Shown here: one piece after another, positions 47,347 to 60,320 of the stretch
Layout: each line of letters opens with the position of its first letter
Position numbering within the stretch: position 1 is the stretch's first letter
Source of the DNA: Phyllosticta citribraziliensis
Lineage: Eukaryota
Length of the DNA: 64,000 nucleotides
Assembly (NCBI RefSeq): GCF_038025025.1
Contig: NW_027117338.1
Coordinates: 1,054,001-1,118,000, forward strand
Direction of reading: 5' to 3'
Notes under the pieces: model-generated
Told to the model about the DNA's origin: nothing
The model's input: the letters and a program-made list of their open reading frames with translations, nothing else
Databases searched by the model: none
Program-made: the position numbers and the translations under genes

Positions 47347-47946
47347 GTTGATGGTGAGAGTGGGGAGGGAAGATAGCTGGAGTAGCTGCTCGAGGTGTGT
47401 GAGTGAGAGGACTATCAATGGAGGAAGATCCGGGAAGGCCGGAAGATGAGGAAGGGGACGTGACGACAAACGAGGTGACTCCCACAACAGGATAGGTCGC
47501 GGGCTGGTGCTGTGCTGGGTGACAGCGGGACAAGAGAGCTGTGCAAGCAAAGGTGCGAGTCTTTGACTTACCTGATTCGAGTGAGGATGTGAATGTTTGG
47601 GGAGAAGGCGGAGCTTTGATCTGGAAGTTGGAAGCGGTGGAGGAGAAGGTAACAGGACGTTGTAGAGGTGCAGAGGCTGTAGAGGCGGCAACGTGAAGAC
47701 ATGTGCCCACAACCGCACTAACCCGCCCTCATGGGCCGGCGCGGTCAGTGCTCTAGCAATGATGTCGTGCAAGCTCAGAGCCCAGATACGGCGCCATCAA
47801 AGAAGGCAATCCCAGGAGTCGCCCAGAAAATCGCCAATGGTACTAGTTATTCAGGCCAACGAAGCGATGCTAGATGCTGACGAGCCGAGAGAGACATGAA
47901 CTTCGGTTGGGATGCAAGTGGACTACATTGCCTTTGGCCAACAACT

Positions 47947-49429
47947 TTAAATCTGCCTTACTTCTTTACCTCTCATCTCTGGCCGCTCCACCTCCCATTC
48001 ATCGCGAAGGACAGCGAATATTGTATCCGCCACGATTAGAGTCAGCCCAAGGCTCCATACTAGCGTAATGGCGTAGAAAAAGTTGGCGTTGCCAGAACCC
48101 GCATAGATCCACAAGTAGTAAAAGGCTGGTCCCAGGAAACTTGCATAGAGCAAGGTTGAGCAGGCGAGGAAGGTATACCGAGTCACTGTGGTATACGTCA
48201 ATTGGAATGCTTGGCGCATGGTACAGGACATGCTTACAAGGAAATACGTGCCGATACAAAGGGACCAGACTGAGGTAAAGCCCGCTTTCCGCGATACTGG
48301 GATAGGGCATGAAGACCGCGAAAATACCCAGTAGCGTGACTACGATAAATAGAGGTTGTCTCCAGATCCTGAAGCACAAGCCTCCGACGTACGCGGCCAT
48401 GTGTAGCCAGAAGACGCCAAGGAAGAATTCGCGGAACGAGTCGAACATTTCCGTGAAAAAGTACCACCAGAGCCCCACGTTCGGCGTCAAGTCAGGGAGC
48501 AACAAGTGGACACCATAGGTAGACGATATGAACTCCCAACTGCCCATCAAAAGATATGACAGATAAAGTAGCGATCCTGCCGTCACCAGGAGTTCTACAG
48601 AGTGGAATATCGTGTACCAGAGCGGGCTTTGAGGCGCCTTCGTTTGGGGCCGCTTCCATTCGGCGTCGTAGCAAAGCTTGAGCAGCGGCGGAAAGAGCAG
48701 TGTGGGGTACATCGATAGGTACGATGCTATGGACAGAGCAAGGACAAGCGTCATTGGGCGACCGCGGGAGGCGCTTGCGATGGCCGTCAAAACGAAGAGG
48801 GACGTCAGGGCTGAAGTTGGCCGTGCCAGCATGGTGGCTATTATGAAGGGATTGAACAGGTATCTGGGCACCAAGTTAGACGTCTCCTCGCTCTACAGCA
48901 GATACAGAGCCACCATACCCAGCAGCGATTGCCAGGCTACTCCAGCGAAGGTCCTTGCGTGGCGACGTGAATTGACGCGGCGAGACATTCTCCCCGGTGT
49001 CCGCAATCTGCATCAAGGCATTGGCACAAAGCAGATCCACTATGATGTAGACAGTATTGGTCGCTATCGGGAGCCTGGAGATGTCCGGGAGTAGAGAGAA
49101 CAGTGGCAGTAGCAGGGGCGCCTGACTTGGTCAGTTGGAGCTTGGACGAGTGGACAGAGCTGCGGTACTTGGTGGAAAACGCCGCCGTCGTAAGGAGAGA
49201 CATTATGGGTGTAGAGAAAGAGACCCTCTTGCACTTGTTGAATGTCAGTATTTTCAGCAAGGTACAAGCGGCTTGTCATGTACGCACACCTCTTAAAACT
49301 GGTTACAGGCGTCGAGATCTCGACTCGTCCGGTCAGAAGGTCGGGCAAAGAAGGAAACGCGAGGAAGAGAACGAGGCGCACTGCAGCGGCGGAGCCGAAC
49401 AGCAGCGCTTTTTGTCTGTCCATGGCCAT
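47947..49429 (-). CDS. GAB1: GPI transamidase subunit Gab1/Cdc91 (PIG-U); multi-exon
   Basis: RVEISTPVTSFKR, EGLFLY..NVSPYDGGVFHQ, YLFNPF, DLTPNVGLWWYFFTEMFDSFR, GSGNANFFYAITL. Confidence 0.94.
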
Positions 49430-49679
49430 TGGGCACGCGATCAGGTCACCGCATCCTGGGAGACGTGCTGGCGAGTCGAAAGGCAGCTGGCGTAGTGCGG
49501 ACGAGAGCGAGTAGGTGTTGTTCACGCCAGGCCAGGGCGCTGACGGAGCGAGCAGGGATCAGCTCACCGCCCCGGCAAAAAAACGCCGTCGCGATGCAAC
49601 ACCAAATCCAAATCCTCCTGCCCTCGTCGCACTCTGCAATTTCCTCCAACCATCTCACCCTCGATTTTCCTGAAGCCTG

Positions 49680-49919
49680 GTAAGTTCAACAAGCCGTCGT
49701 TATCATCCGATACGGCGCACCAATCTGCCTCTCTGTCCGCACTGCGCGCGCAGGCAATTTCCCGATTCCTTCGAATCGCAAAAGTTGTCGCTGCGCAGAG
49801 ACCATGGCCATGTTGCTCGTTTTTCTGCCCTTGGCCCTCACATGCCTCTACTCCTCTGAATAGTCGTTCCCAACATCTTCCGAAGGTTATCGTCCATGTG
49901 CTGACCCGAAAAGGCCTAG
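49680..49919 (+). other. Predicted 240-nt 5'-UTR intron of NOP7 containing stable hairpins
   Basis: GTAAGT donor at 49680, GCTGAC branch point at 49900-49905, TAG acceptor at 49917-49919, 12 nt before the ATG at 49932. Confidence 0.65.
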
Positions 49920-49931
49920 GGAAGATCCACC

Positions 49932-51947
49932 ATGGCAAAAATCAAGAGAAAGGGCGAAGCCGGCAATGCCAAAAATTACATTACGAGAACCCAAGCTGTC
50001 CGCAAGCTTCAAATCTCTCTCCCTGATTTCCGAAGACTATGCATCTTCAAGGGAATCTATCCTCGCGAGCCTCGCAACAAGAAAAAGGTCGCGAAAAACG
50101 CGACGCACTCGACAACCTTCTACTACACCAAGGACATTCAATATCTCCTCCACGAGCCCCTTTTGAACAAGTTCCGTGATCACAAGGCTGTTGCAAAGAA
50201 GATTAGCAGGGCACTTGGACGTGGAGAAGTCACCGATGCTGCTCGGTTGGAGAAGAACCTCTCTCCCCGCATGGCCCTGGACCACATCATCAAGGAGCGA
50301 TACCCCACGTTTATCGATGCGCTGCGCGATCTCGACGACTGTCTCTCGATGTTGTTCCTCTTCGCCAACCTCCCATCCACCTCCGCTGTCCCTCCCAAGG
50401 TCATCGCGCTCTGCAAGCGGTTGACCCTCGAATTCGAACACTACCTGATTGTTTCGCACGCGCTGAAGAGGTCTTTTCTCTCCATCAAGGGCATATACTA
50501 CCAGGCAACCATTCAAGGTCAAGATGTTTTGTGGCTGGTACCGTACAAATTCGTCCAGAGGGTCCCGACCGACGTCGACTTTCGGATCATGGGTACCTTT
50601 GTCGAGTTTTACACTACCCTCCTCGGGTTTGTCAACTTCAGACTGTACACGTCAATCGGACTTGTTTACCCCCCTAAGTTCAACAAGGCCAGCGACGACC
50701 TAGGAGGCGAGCTCGACGCCTTGAGGCTCGAGAGCAGGGCAATTGGTGGCCAGTCGGCGATCGAGGCTGCGCCGGCAACAAACGGCGGCAAGGCAGTGTC
50801 GAAGACTTCAGAAGCTGCGCAAGCCGAGGCCGACAAGGTTGCAGATCTGGAACAGGACGACGCTGCGATGACCGGTACCAATGAATCTTCGAATGAGGAA
50901 CCCAACCAGACCACCGATGGTATCGACAAGTTCGAGGTCACCGGAGACGACGCCGATGAGCTTCCTCAGCCCGAGGCCTCGAGCAGTGAAACCGCAGTCC
51001 TCTTCTCAAACTTCACCTTCTATCTCTCGCGAGAGACCCCTCGTGAGCCCCTTGAATTCATTCTCAAGGCCTTTGGGTGCAAACGTGTCGGTTGGGACGC
51101 TGTCCTCGGCGACGGCGCTTACACCACCAACGAAGCCGATCCTTCAATCACACATCAGATTGTCGACAGACCAGCTATCCCTGCGCCTCAAGTTTCCGAG
51201 TCCGAGATCTCCAAGGCCGTCAACGGAAGATTGCCTGCTGGCACTCGGGTGCCTGGTAGGACCTACGTCCAGCCGCAATGGGTCTGGGATTGCATCAATC
51301 AGGGGAAGCTGCTGCGTCCAGATCTGTACGCACCGGGTGCAACTCTTCCTCCCCACTTGAGTCCTTGGGTCAAGCCCAAGAAGGGTGAATATGACCCAAC
51401 GGCCACTTTGGAAGAGCAGGAGCGGGAGGGCGAGGCACTGGAGGCAGAGGAAGCCGAGGAAGATGACGAGGACGACGAGTCAGTGGAAGAAAAGCCAGCT
51501 GAGAAGGAAGAGAACCCATTGCTTGACCAATCTGATGAAGTGGAAGCAGGCGAAGGCATGGACGTCGCTGGCTCTTCGGATGAAGAAGATGAGGAGGAGT
51601 CCGAGGACGACGGCTTTGATGGCTTCGAAGAGGATGTGCAGGATGATTCAGACTTGTCTGACACAGAGAAGGCGCGGATCCAGCACCAAAAGGAGCTCGA
51701 AGCAGAGGCTAAGGGCAAGCCGTACGCGGTAGACTCGGAGCAAAAGAAAAAGGGTGACGCAAGAAAGAAGAGGGCTAAGAAGGAGAAGGAGGAAGCCGAG
51801 GAGAGGCAGAGGCAGATGATGATGATGAGCCGCAGCAAGAGGAAGCTCTTGGAGAAGATGGACTACAGTAACAAGAAGAAGGAAGGCGAGGCGGAGAAGC
51901 TGAGATCGAAGAGAAGAAAGATTGAGAAGGGCAAGAAGTCGGCGTAG
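49932..51947 (+). CDS. NOP7: Pescadillo homolog Nop7 (60S biogenesis, PeBoW complex)
   Basis: [37 protein letters not shown] region with [19 protein letters not shown], acidic/basic tail. Confidence 0.97.
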   Translation: MAKIKRKGEAGNAKNYITRTQAVRKLQISLPDFRRLCIFKGIYPREPRNKKKVAKNATHSTTFYYTKDIQYLLHEPLLNKFRDHKAVAKKISRALGRGEVTDAARLEKNLSPRMALDHIIKERYPTFIDALRDLDDCLSMLFLFANLPSTSAVPPKVIALCKRLTLEFEHYLIVSHALKRSFLSIKGIYYQATIQGQDVLWLVPYKFVQRVPTDVDFRIMGTFVEFYTTLLGFVNFRLYTSIGLVYPPKFNKASDDLGGELDALRLESRAIGGQSAIEAAPATNGGKAVSKTSEAAQAEADKVADLEQDDAAMTGTNESSNEEPNQTTDGIDKFEVTGDDADELPQPEASSSETAVLFSNFTFYLSRETPREPLEFILKAFGCKRVGWDAVLGDGAYTTNEADPSITHQIVDRPAIPAPQVSESEISKAVNGRLPAGTRVPGRTYVQPQWVWDCINQGKLLRPDLYAPGATLPPHLSPWVKPKKGEYDPTATLEEQEREGEALEAEEAEEDDEDDESVEEKPAEKEENPLLDQSDEVEAGEGMDVAGSSDEEDEEESEDDGFDGFEEDVQDDSDLSDTEKARIQHQKELEAEAKGKPYAVDSEQKKKGDARKKRAKKEKEEAEERQRQMMMMSRSKRKLLEKMDYSNKKKEGEAEKLRSKRRKIEKGKKSA

Positions 51948-52258
51948 AGGCCACCGACGATTAAATAAGACGAAGGACTGGCTTGGGTTTCAAAACGGCA
52001 TCGGCCTGCTTGTTCATTCATAGGCCCGGAGTTTGGCTGTGATTTGATTTGAGGGAGTACAAAATGCACTTTTCTGATGTTTTTCGAGATGACTGCTTCT
52101 TTGTGTAGAATCGGAGTGTGATAATCAGCGCATTCGGATCCGTGACATGCAAAACTCCTCATCCCCATCACGGTGCGTGGGGTCCATGGCTGCATCCAGG
52201 TACCCGCCATTCACCACTACGAAAGGAGCTGCCATTACTTTCCACACGCCCTATGCCA

Positions 52259-53361
52259 TCAGTACCCAAACACCGCTCCACCATGACACCCAATCGCATC
52301 GCCATTGACCCACCGACTCTCCTCCCCAGCCAACCAACAGACCACATCCGCTACATCGCCCTTCGTCGCAATGCGCTTATCCGCAGTCGCCAGACCAGCT
52401 GCCACAGCCCTGCCTCGCGGATCCGACGTCGCGCGCTCCGTCTCGGTGGGACCAACGACGACTGAGTTCGCCGTCAGACGATATCTGGCGGCGAGCTCCT
52501 TGGCCCAGTTGCGCGTCAGCGACTCGAGAGCGTTTTTAGACGCCGAGTAGAAGGCCCAGCGCGGCGCGTGGATACGCGCGTTGACGGACGAGATGCTGAT
52601 CAGGCGGTTGGAGCCGGCCGGGCTGAGGTAGGGCAGCACGGCGCGGACGACGAGGTGCGGGCCGAGGACGTTGGTGTGGAAGATTCTGTGGTGGAGAGTT
52701 GATGTGTCAGTAGAGCTGTTTTGGAGCAGCGCTGGAGGTTTGATTGCAGACATGGATACCACTGACTGTCCATCCTTTTTCACCAAACCCATTGAGCGAA
52801 CGAGTACATGTAGAGAACGTGTTGAAAGACACAGACATACCGATCAAACATATCGCCCACTTTGTCCGCCCCCTCAACACCCTCAACATCTCCCATCTCC
52901 CCTACGGCTGCATTCAACACCACAATCTCAATCGTCCGCACACCCAAGCCCCTGAGCGCGCCCTCGACCGTCTTCTCGCCCGCATCCCGCGTTGCCATGT
53001 CGGCCTGCACGACGCACGCCCGCGCGCCATTGTCGAGTTTCGCCACCTCTGCGGCGACGGCTTCGGCGAGCGGCCGCGAAGACGGCGACGTGTGCACCAA
53101 GGCGACGTTCGCGCCGCGCCGCGCCAGCGAGAGCGCCATTTCGCTGCCGATGCCGCGCGAGGCTCCCGTCACGATGGCAGTCCTGTTGCGCAGGGGGAGC
53201 ACGGGGAGCGGGGTGCTTTGCGACATGTCGGTGTTGACCGTGGTGGGGGCCGTGGAGCTTTCAGCGTGGGTTGGCGCCGGTTGTTGTGCTTGTTCTGGGT
53301 GCGCCGGTGCTGTTGAGCGATTAATGGCGAGGCCTGATAGGCGTCGTGCGAGAAAAGACAT
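52259..53361 (-). CDS. Short-chain dehydrogenase/reductase; intron 52840-52686
   Basis: TGASRGIG Rossmann motif, VLNAA, ISS, catalytic YSASK, WVNG. Confidence 0.9.
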
Positions 53362-53941
53362 GAGATTGGACGGTCTTTGATGTAGCTGTAGAGGGGTATT
53401 GTCTGCAGTTATCGTGCATCTTCATAACCGCTCATCGTGCTTAGGTAGGGTACGAAAAGGAATACGGATTACGTCAAAGATCCCTTGATCCACTGTTTGT
53501 CCGCGACGAGGGATAGAATGGCGACTTGACAGGTCGAGGTGCGAGTTACTTCTAGATTCGCGCTAGACGCTGCGGTAGACTGTGGTAGGAGTAGTTGGTG
53601 ATCGTCCGCAAGTTTCGTCCGTCTGACTCTGGGTCTTTTCGTCCGCGCTTGATTTATTTCGTGCTGCTTCAGCGCAAAGGATTGATGACCTTAGGATGGT
53701 GAGAGGTGATTGAAATCCTTTGATTTGTAACTGGACAATTATCTGCTTTTTTGCATGAAACGTTGCCGGATTCTGTCTGCGAAAGCCTAACTCCTTCCCA
53801 AAACATTCAGCTGACAAACCTTATGAAATAGCAATTGTGTGCGCCGGTAATCTTCACCGTGCCGCCATGGTCTTTGCGTACGTTCCCCTCTCAGCGAGTG
53901 AGCAAGAATTTGACAAAGCTTCGCTCGATGTCTTCCTGGCC

Positions 53942-56900
53942 TCAGAGCGACTCAATGGCCTTCAACAAAACGTTGACACCCATATCGCCCATCTCATCGG
54001 CGCCGTTGTCGCCCTCGCGCAGCAACCATGCGACATCGCTCTGGACGCCCAAAGGTACATAGCAGCTTTGCCTGGCCTTTTCGAGGCTCTCTTTGAGTCT
54101 GCTGGTGTGCTCCCATTCCTTTGCAGCGACCTCAGCCCGTTCAATGATGCGCGGGTTGATGCCGCACATGGCGGCGCAGTGCATGCCGAAGCTGCCCTCG
54201 GCGACACCCTGCTCGAGCTTATACAAGAACGTGATTTGTTTGTTCTCGTCGTCGACGTGAATCGCCATCCGCTTTGCCATGATTTCGGGGTGGCCCTTGA
54301 ACTCGGTGGCCAGGGAATGGTAATGGGTCGCGAAAAAGCCCAAGCAGCCCACGTGCGAGGCGACATGGTGCAAAACTGCCTGGGCAACGGCAACACCATC
54401 GTAAGAGCTGGTGCCGCGGCCAAGTTCATCCAGAATGACCAGGGAGCGGGGCGTAGCTTCAGAGAGAATCTTCTTGGTTTCTGATAGTTCGACGAAGAAT
54501 GTCGACTGCGCTGCAAAAATATTGTCTTGTGCTCCAAGACGTGACATGATGCGGTCGCAAGGCGTCATGCGTGCCGATTCACAAGGCAAATAGCATCCGA
54601 TCTGTGCAAGAATGACGGCGATACATGTCTGTATGAGATGTCAGATCTGAGCATGGCCAAAAACATGCCGACGTCGACTGCAGACTTACCATACGAAGAA
54701 TAGTACTTTTTCCAGCAGCGTTAGCACCAGTGAGCAAGTCAATCTTGGCCTGTTCACCACCAAGTTTGATGTCATTGGGAATGAAGTCGGTGACATTTTG
54801 CAGCATGCAAGGATGTCTCAGCTCTTCCAATTCCATGACGGACCGCTCTCCGTCCACAAACGTGGGTCTGCAAGAGGGTTCGCCGAGGCTGGTCGATGCC
54901 TTGGCCAGACTGATCAAACAGTCTAGTTGGGCAATGATCTTGACTGCTGCAAGCCATGTGGTGTAGTCTTCGTCGAATCTGCTGTAGATTCGGCCAGTGA
55001 CCTCTTTGACGATTTGTCCGTGGGTCTCCTGAGCCTCTTGAAGTCTGCGCACAAGCTTTCGAAGTTCGGGACTGTAGTATCTCTTGACCTTTGCGGTCGC
55101 AGACATTTGGTCCCAGCTCTTGGGAACGTTCTTGATCTTGATGGGGACCTCGAGCTGGTAAATCTCTTTGCCATTGTCACGGTAACAAATGGCCGTCGAG
55201 CCTAGATCACGGCGAACCTCCTTGAGCAAACTGTCAAGCGCGGCAAGCACTTGCTCGATAGACTCTTGGCTTTGGTCAAAGTCCTCCTCTACTCCGGGCT
55301 CGGGGACCAAGATACCTTCGACCTTGGCCTTCTTGCGGTCGAAAGCATCGCGCCAGTACTTCAGAGGGCTGGAGAGATCGGGCATTTGGGAGAGGAGTTG
55401 GCCAATAATGCCTTCTCCTTCGCCAAATTGGCTCAAGAGACTCATTGTGTATTCGATTTGCTCCAACCCTTCGAGCACCTTGACGAAGTCTTGAGTTTTG
55501 ATCCTGCCTGCGTGGACCCGCGAAAGAAGACGTTCAAGATCGGGAAGCTTGCTAAGCGAGGCAGTGAAACGGTCCATGATCGTAGTGTCCGCATTGAGCG
55601 CGTCTACGGCATCCAGTCGCTGATTGATTCTGTGAGCGTCAGCCAGCGGGTGGCAGACCCATTGCTTGAGCATGCGCTTGCCGAACGGAGTGATGCACCG
55701 ATTCAACATGGCGAATAGGGTGCCCTCCGTTCCTCCATCAAAGCTGTTGGCGAAAATCTCAAGATTAATCAAGCTTTGGCCGTCCAGAACCAAGCTCGTG
55801 GCCTTTTTGATCGGATCATACCAAGCAAAGTTGCCGAGGGTAACCAGCTCCCTCTCAATCTTCAAAGTCCTGAGGTATTGAAGAAGAGCACCGAAGGCAG
55901 ACATTGCAAGGTCATGTTTCTCTCTTGCATCCCTGAGAGCTTGAGGCCAGACCTCGATGTTGTCCCGATCTGGAGACACAAAGTAGTTGTTGGCGTCGAT
56001 TTCACGGGCTGTGATATCAGCGGGCCAAAACTCTTTGGTTGGCTTCAAAAAGTTCCACAAAGTAGTAGGGCTTGTGTTGTTCTTGAGGATGCGCAGCGCC
56101 TTTGCAGAAATCGAAGACTTTTCCAGGAGAAGTTCCGTTGGTCGCGTCTGGGCTACGAAAGTCTCGAATTTGGTCAAATCCGCATCGTCGGCGAATTCGC
56201 AAAGCTGGAACTGAGCGGTCGCAGTGTCGACAAATGCTATTCCGAAGACAGTCGTATTGTCAACATCGGCTTCCTTTATGGCAACGCAGTATGTCGACAT
56301 GTCGTCTTGCAGCATACCGCCATCGACAAGGGTACCTGCTGTGAGGACGGACGAGAGCTCCCGGCGGATGACCTTGTCCTCTTTGGCCGGCTTGAGCGGC
56401 TTTTCGCCGCCTCTCTCGCGCATTTCTTTGGCCAGAGCAGATTCCATCTGATCAACTTTGGCAATCTTGAATCCTTTTGCCACAAATTGATTTGCCCACA
56501 TGTCTAGCGATGACTCCGGAACGCCAACCATGCGCATGTTGACACGGTCGGTCAGTTTGAGATCGAACAATTGATGGCCAATCGTGGCGTCGTTCTCGTA
56601 AAGTTCGTAGAACTTTCCTTTTTTGAAGAAGACAATGGTGTCCCAGAACTTGCACTTGATCTCCCAGTATTGTTTTTCGAATGGAGAAAACTTCGCCCAG
56701 GCTCCTGGAGGAATGTAGAGGGTTCGAGGATCGTAATCCGGGTGGCCCGGAGGGTTTCTATCCGCATCCATGACTGTTGCAAGCCACGTGTATCTCTGTT
56801 CAGGCTCGGACATGTGTGCCTTTTGTTTCTTAGGTGGAGCGGCCTTCCCGTCCTTTTGAGAGGGCTTGGGGGTTGCCCGTGGCTTGTATGGTTCCTTGTT

Positions 56901-57729
56901 CTCTGGGTCGTACTTCCACTGCTGGGCAGTCGATGTTGATCCTTCTCCCAATTCCAAGGTTTCCTCTTCCGGATCAACGAGGGGACGGGGAGAAGACTCT
57001 TGGGGAGAGCTGCGCACGTTGGAAGCCGAAGGCCGCTTTCTCTTCCTCGAAACTGGCTCCTCGTCCGAATCGTCGGGCACGACAAAGTCGTCCATCTCTG
57101 CTGTGGGTGAGCTGGAAGCTATACTTTTAACCTGGTAGGCAGACTTACCATCATCTTCTCCAGCAGATTCTGCGGTCGGTTCGGGCCCGAATTCGTCGTC
57201 CGAGTCGTCCAGACTTGCTATCTTCCGTCGCTTAGAGAGGCGACCCGCCGCGTTGGCGGAGACCGGCTGGAAGACGTCATCATCTTCTTCAGCATCGGAC
57301 TCGGCATAGTTGACCGACTTCCGTCCCTGTACTCTAGGTCAAAATCATTGAAGTCTCGCGGCGGCACAACACTACTACCTTTCTGTTGGGACTGCCTCCA
57401 GCGGTAGAATCAGGGCCTTCTGCATTACTGCTATCAGCGCGCCACTCAATCGTCGAGCTGGGCGGGAATCGCCGACCATTTTCTTTGTTCCTTCCCTGCT
57501 CACCATTGTGTCTAATCGGACTGCTCGGTGGTTGAATTGGGTCACTACTAGGTGCCGGAGTAAGGTTTGAAGGTGAGCCTCCGTTCTGCGATGGTGTAGA
57601 GCTCTTCTTGAAGAAGCCCAGAATTGACTTTTGCGTTGACTTGGTCTGGGATGAAGCCCCAGCATTCTTCTTTTGAGAGGAAGAAGATTTGGGAGTCGAC
57701 ACGTCGCCTTTCTCTGTGTTTCGGGCCAT
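53942..57729 (-). CDS. MSH6: DNA mismatch repair protein Msh6; multi-exon
   Basis: PIP box QKSILGFF, FFKKGKFYELYE mismatch motif, Walker A TGANAAGKST, LDELGRGTS, FATHY, SFGMHCAAMCG. Confidence 0.97.
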
Positions 57730-57791
57730 GGTGGAGGTCGAGTGATGGGTGGAGGGTTGTTTTGCGGAGATGGAGGGAGCGGCAGTACGAG

Positions 57792-57913
57792 ACGCGAGGT
57801 CGCGACGTCGCGAGACGCGTTCCTGCCCGGTTAGGGCGAATTGATGGTCAAAGCTTCCTTCTCCATCCACCCCGGCCAGACCTTCCCGTTTGCATGTACC
57901 AGTTTGAACGCGT
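57792..57913. promoter_or_regulatory. MCB (MluI cell-cycle box) cluster in the MSH6 promoter
   Basis: ACGCGT at 57815-57820 and 57908-57913, ACGCGA at 57792-57797, perfect palindrome TCGCGACGTCGCGA at 57800-57813. Confidence 0.65.
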
Positions 57914-58047
57914 AATTGTCTGCCAATGGATTGCCTTTGGTTTTCCGCTCAATGTAAGGTGTGTCTTATTGCAAAAAACATACCAGGGAGTGGGGAAGAA
58001 ATGCGCATTATACAAGCTCCATCGTTGATTTACACGCTCAGAAAATG

Positions 58048-59968
58048 CTACGCGTCCTTCGCCACTTGCTCTTCTGTCGCGTCCTGTTTTCTCTCTTCCC
58101 ATCCTGGCGCCGTAAGACCCTGCGCCTCGAACTCCTCATCGGGAATTACGTGGATCAGCTTCATCTTCCACTTGCCTACCCGCAACAGCAACTTGTCCTC
58201 ATCAAATATAAACCCATCTGCCGTGTCGCTAGCCATCTGAATCGGGGTAAACTTGACGTCGTCACCCATGCTTCCGCTCCTAGAGCCCGGCCGACCTGCT
58301 ACATATGCTCCTCCGGACTTTGAGATGAGCTTGTGTCCCTCAGTCTTTGATGTGACAAGCCCCGAGTGGTAGAGTACGGCGCCAAGGTTGTTGCCGTAGA
58401 CCAAAGATCTTGGCAAAGAAATCCTAACGTTGCTGGTATTTTCAAATGTAGCCGCAGGCGCCTTCTTGTTCAACTGATTGCTCATGAATTGGCGGGGGTC
58501 GTGAGGGTTCTCGGCTTGTGTGCTGTCCATCAAAGAAGACATGGACACTGCCGTGCGGTTACTGACAATATTCCGATGGGTAGCTGCTGCTTCTTTGGCT
58601 GCATTAGGTCCATGAGCGAGCTCGACGAATTCGGCAGCAAGAAGGTGTTGCGCAAGTCGTTTGGAGGGATTCTTCTCGTGCTCCTCTACGACTTTACGAA
58701 TAGTCGGCGTGGGCACAAACGTGAACAGCTTCAGGTAACGTTCGACGTCACTGTCCGCTGTCTTGACAAAGTACTGCATCATGTGTCAGCAGCTCTGATC
58801 GCATCTGGTAGAGGCGCTCACACATACCCCGTACAGATCAAAGCTTGAAGTCATTCCTCGATCTAACCAGATGGCATTACCGGCACTCTTGCCGATTTTT
58901 TCCCCTGATGCTGCTTCAAGGAGGGGCACGGTCAATCCATGAGGAGCAAACAAATACTCCTTCTTTGGATCTGAGGCGTGGATTTTGTGTTGGAGGGCAG
59001 GGTCCTTTTCGTTGGCGCGAATCAAGTTCAAGGCTTGAACTCCAGTAAGGATGTTGCCAAACTGGTCAGCGCCGCCAATCTGCAGTTGGATGCCTTGTTG
59101 GCAGTAAAGTTCCCAAAAGTCCCATGCTTGCAAAATTGGGTACGAAAACTCGGCAAACGACATTCCTTCTCCGTTCTTCTGGCGGACTTTGACACTGTGA
59201 CTGGTCAGCGAACATCGGGAAGCTTGGCAAGATTTGCCTACGCGTCTCGACTGAGCATGGGACCAATTCGAAAATTGGTCCCCAGCTTTCCCATCAACTC
59301 CACGACGGAGAGTTTATTGTGCCATACGTTGTTGTTTGCTAGTATCCGCCTCCATGCCCACTCTCGTTGATAGCCGTACTTGCGGCCGATGGTATCGACA
59401 CTTTCCCACAACTTCTTGAGCTGCAAATGCATAAGAGCCATGTTGGTCTTTCTCTCATCACTTGCTTGCCGCTTTCTCTCTGTTGTCCGGCCTTCTGGAT
59501 CTCCAATCTTGGCCGTGGCGCCACCGAGCAGGGTGCAGGCTTTGAAACCGTGCAGATACATCCAGAATATAACCATGAATGGCAGCATGTGTCCAACGTG
59601 CATGGAGGGAGCGGTCGGATCAACGCCACAGTATGCGCCGATGCGCTTCTCGTTCATCAGAGTTTCGAGCTCTAGTTTTTTGCTGGGCAATGTTAGCAGA
59701 GGAAAATTGCTTGGGAATGGTATGCTCACGAGGTGGTTTGTTTGACATAACCACGTTCTTCGAGAAAACTCATGAAGCTCGGCAGCTTTCCAGCCTTGAC
59801 CTCTTTGCCCCTTTCCCTCCACTCCATCTCCGCCTCAAGGGTCTTGCGCAGGTAATCTTGGGTGATGCGGCGAGCGGAGGCCGGAGAGATGCGCTTTCGA
59901 GATGCGCATTGCGTGCAGACATATTGCGCCGGGCGGCGGCCATGCTGGAGCAGCGCCGTAGACGGCAT
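58048..59968 (-). CDS. MSY1: Mitochondrial tyrosyl-tRNA synthetase; multi-exon
   Basis: Presequence; YCGVDPTAPSMHVGH (HIGH), MSFAEFSYPILQAWD, QIGGADQFGN, KIGKSAGNAIWL (KMSKS-like), S4-like C-terminus with LRVGK. Confidence 0.95.
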
Positions 59969-60320
59969 TGAATAAGGCGGACAGCTTTCGAGGGTTGAGC
60001 GGAGTTGCAGAGAAAAGTATCGGCGAGCAACGCGACAGCAACGCACCCAAGGCCGGGCGGTGAGCTGAAGCGTCCGGTGCATGGATCCGCGCGACGCAGC
60101 TGGAGGCGGTCCGGGTCCTGCCTAGGTGGTCCGGTCGCTCCCGTCGGGTACCTTTTGCCCCGCATCCATCTCTCCATTGCATCACCCAAACGTCTGCTGC
60201 TGTTGATCAGTCGGACGTCTAAGAGCTTCAAAACACCCTCTTTCCCTGGAATAACCAAGCCTGCACCGTCTCCTGGTCTCATTTCGCATCTCTGAAGTTC
60301 CGTGTTTCCTTGAGACCAAC

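Noticed and set aside
28417..49429. Functional clustering of GPI genes (GPI18, GAB1) or tRNA-related genes (NCS6, MSY1, TRM734-like)
   Set aside because: They are separated by many unrelated genes. Chance co-occurrence of housekeeping genes is sufficient.
52686..52840. Stwintron in the SDR gene (internal CAG/TCAGT could rebuild a GTCAGT donor)
   Set aside because: Two-step splicing would shift the frame, there is no good internal branch point, and a single canonical intron fits.
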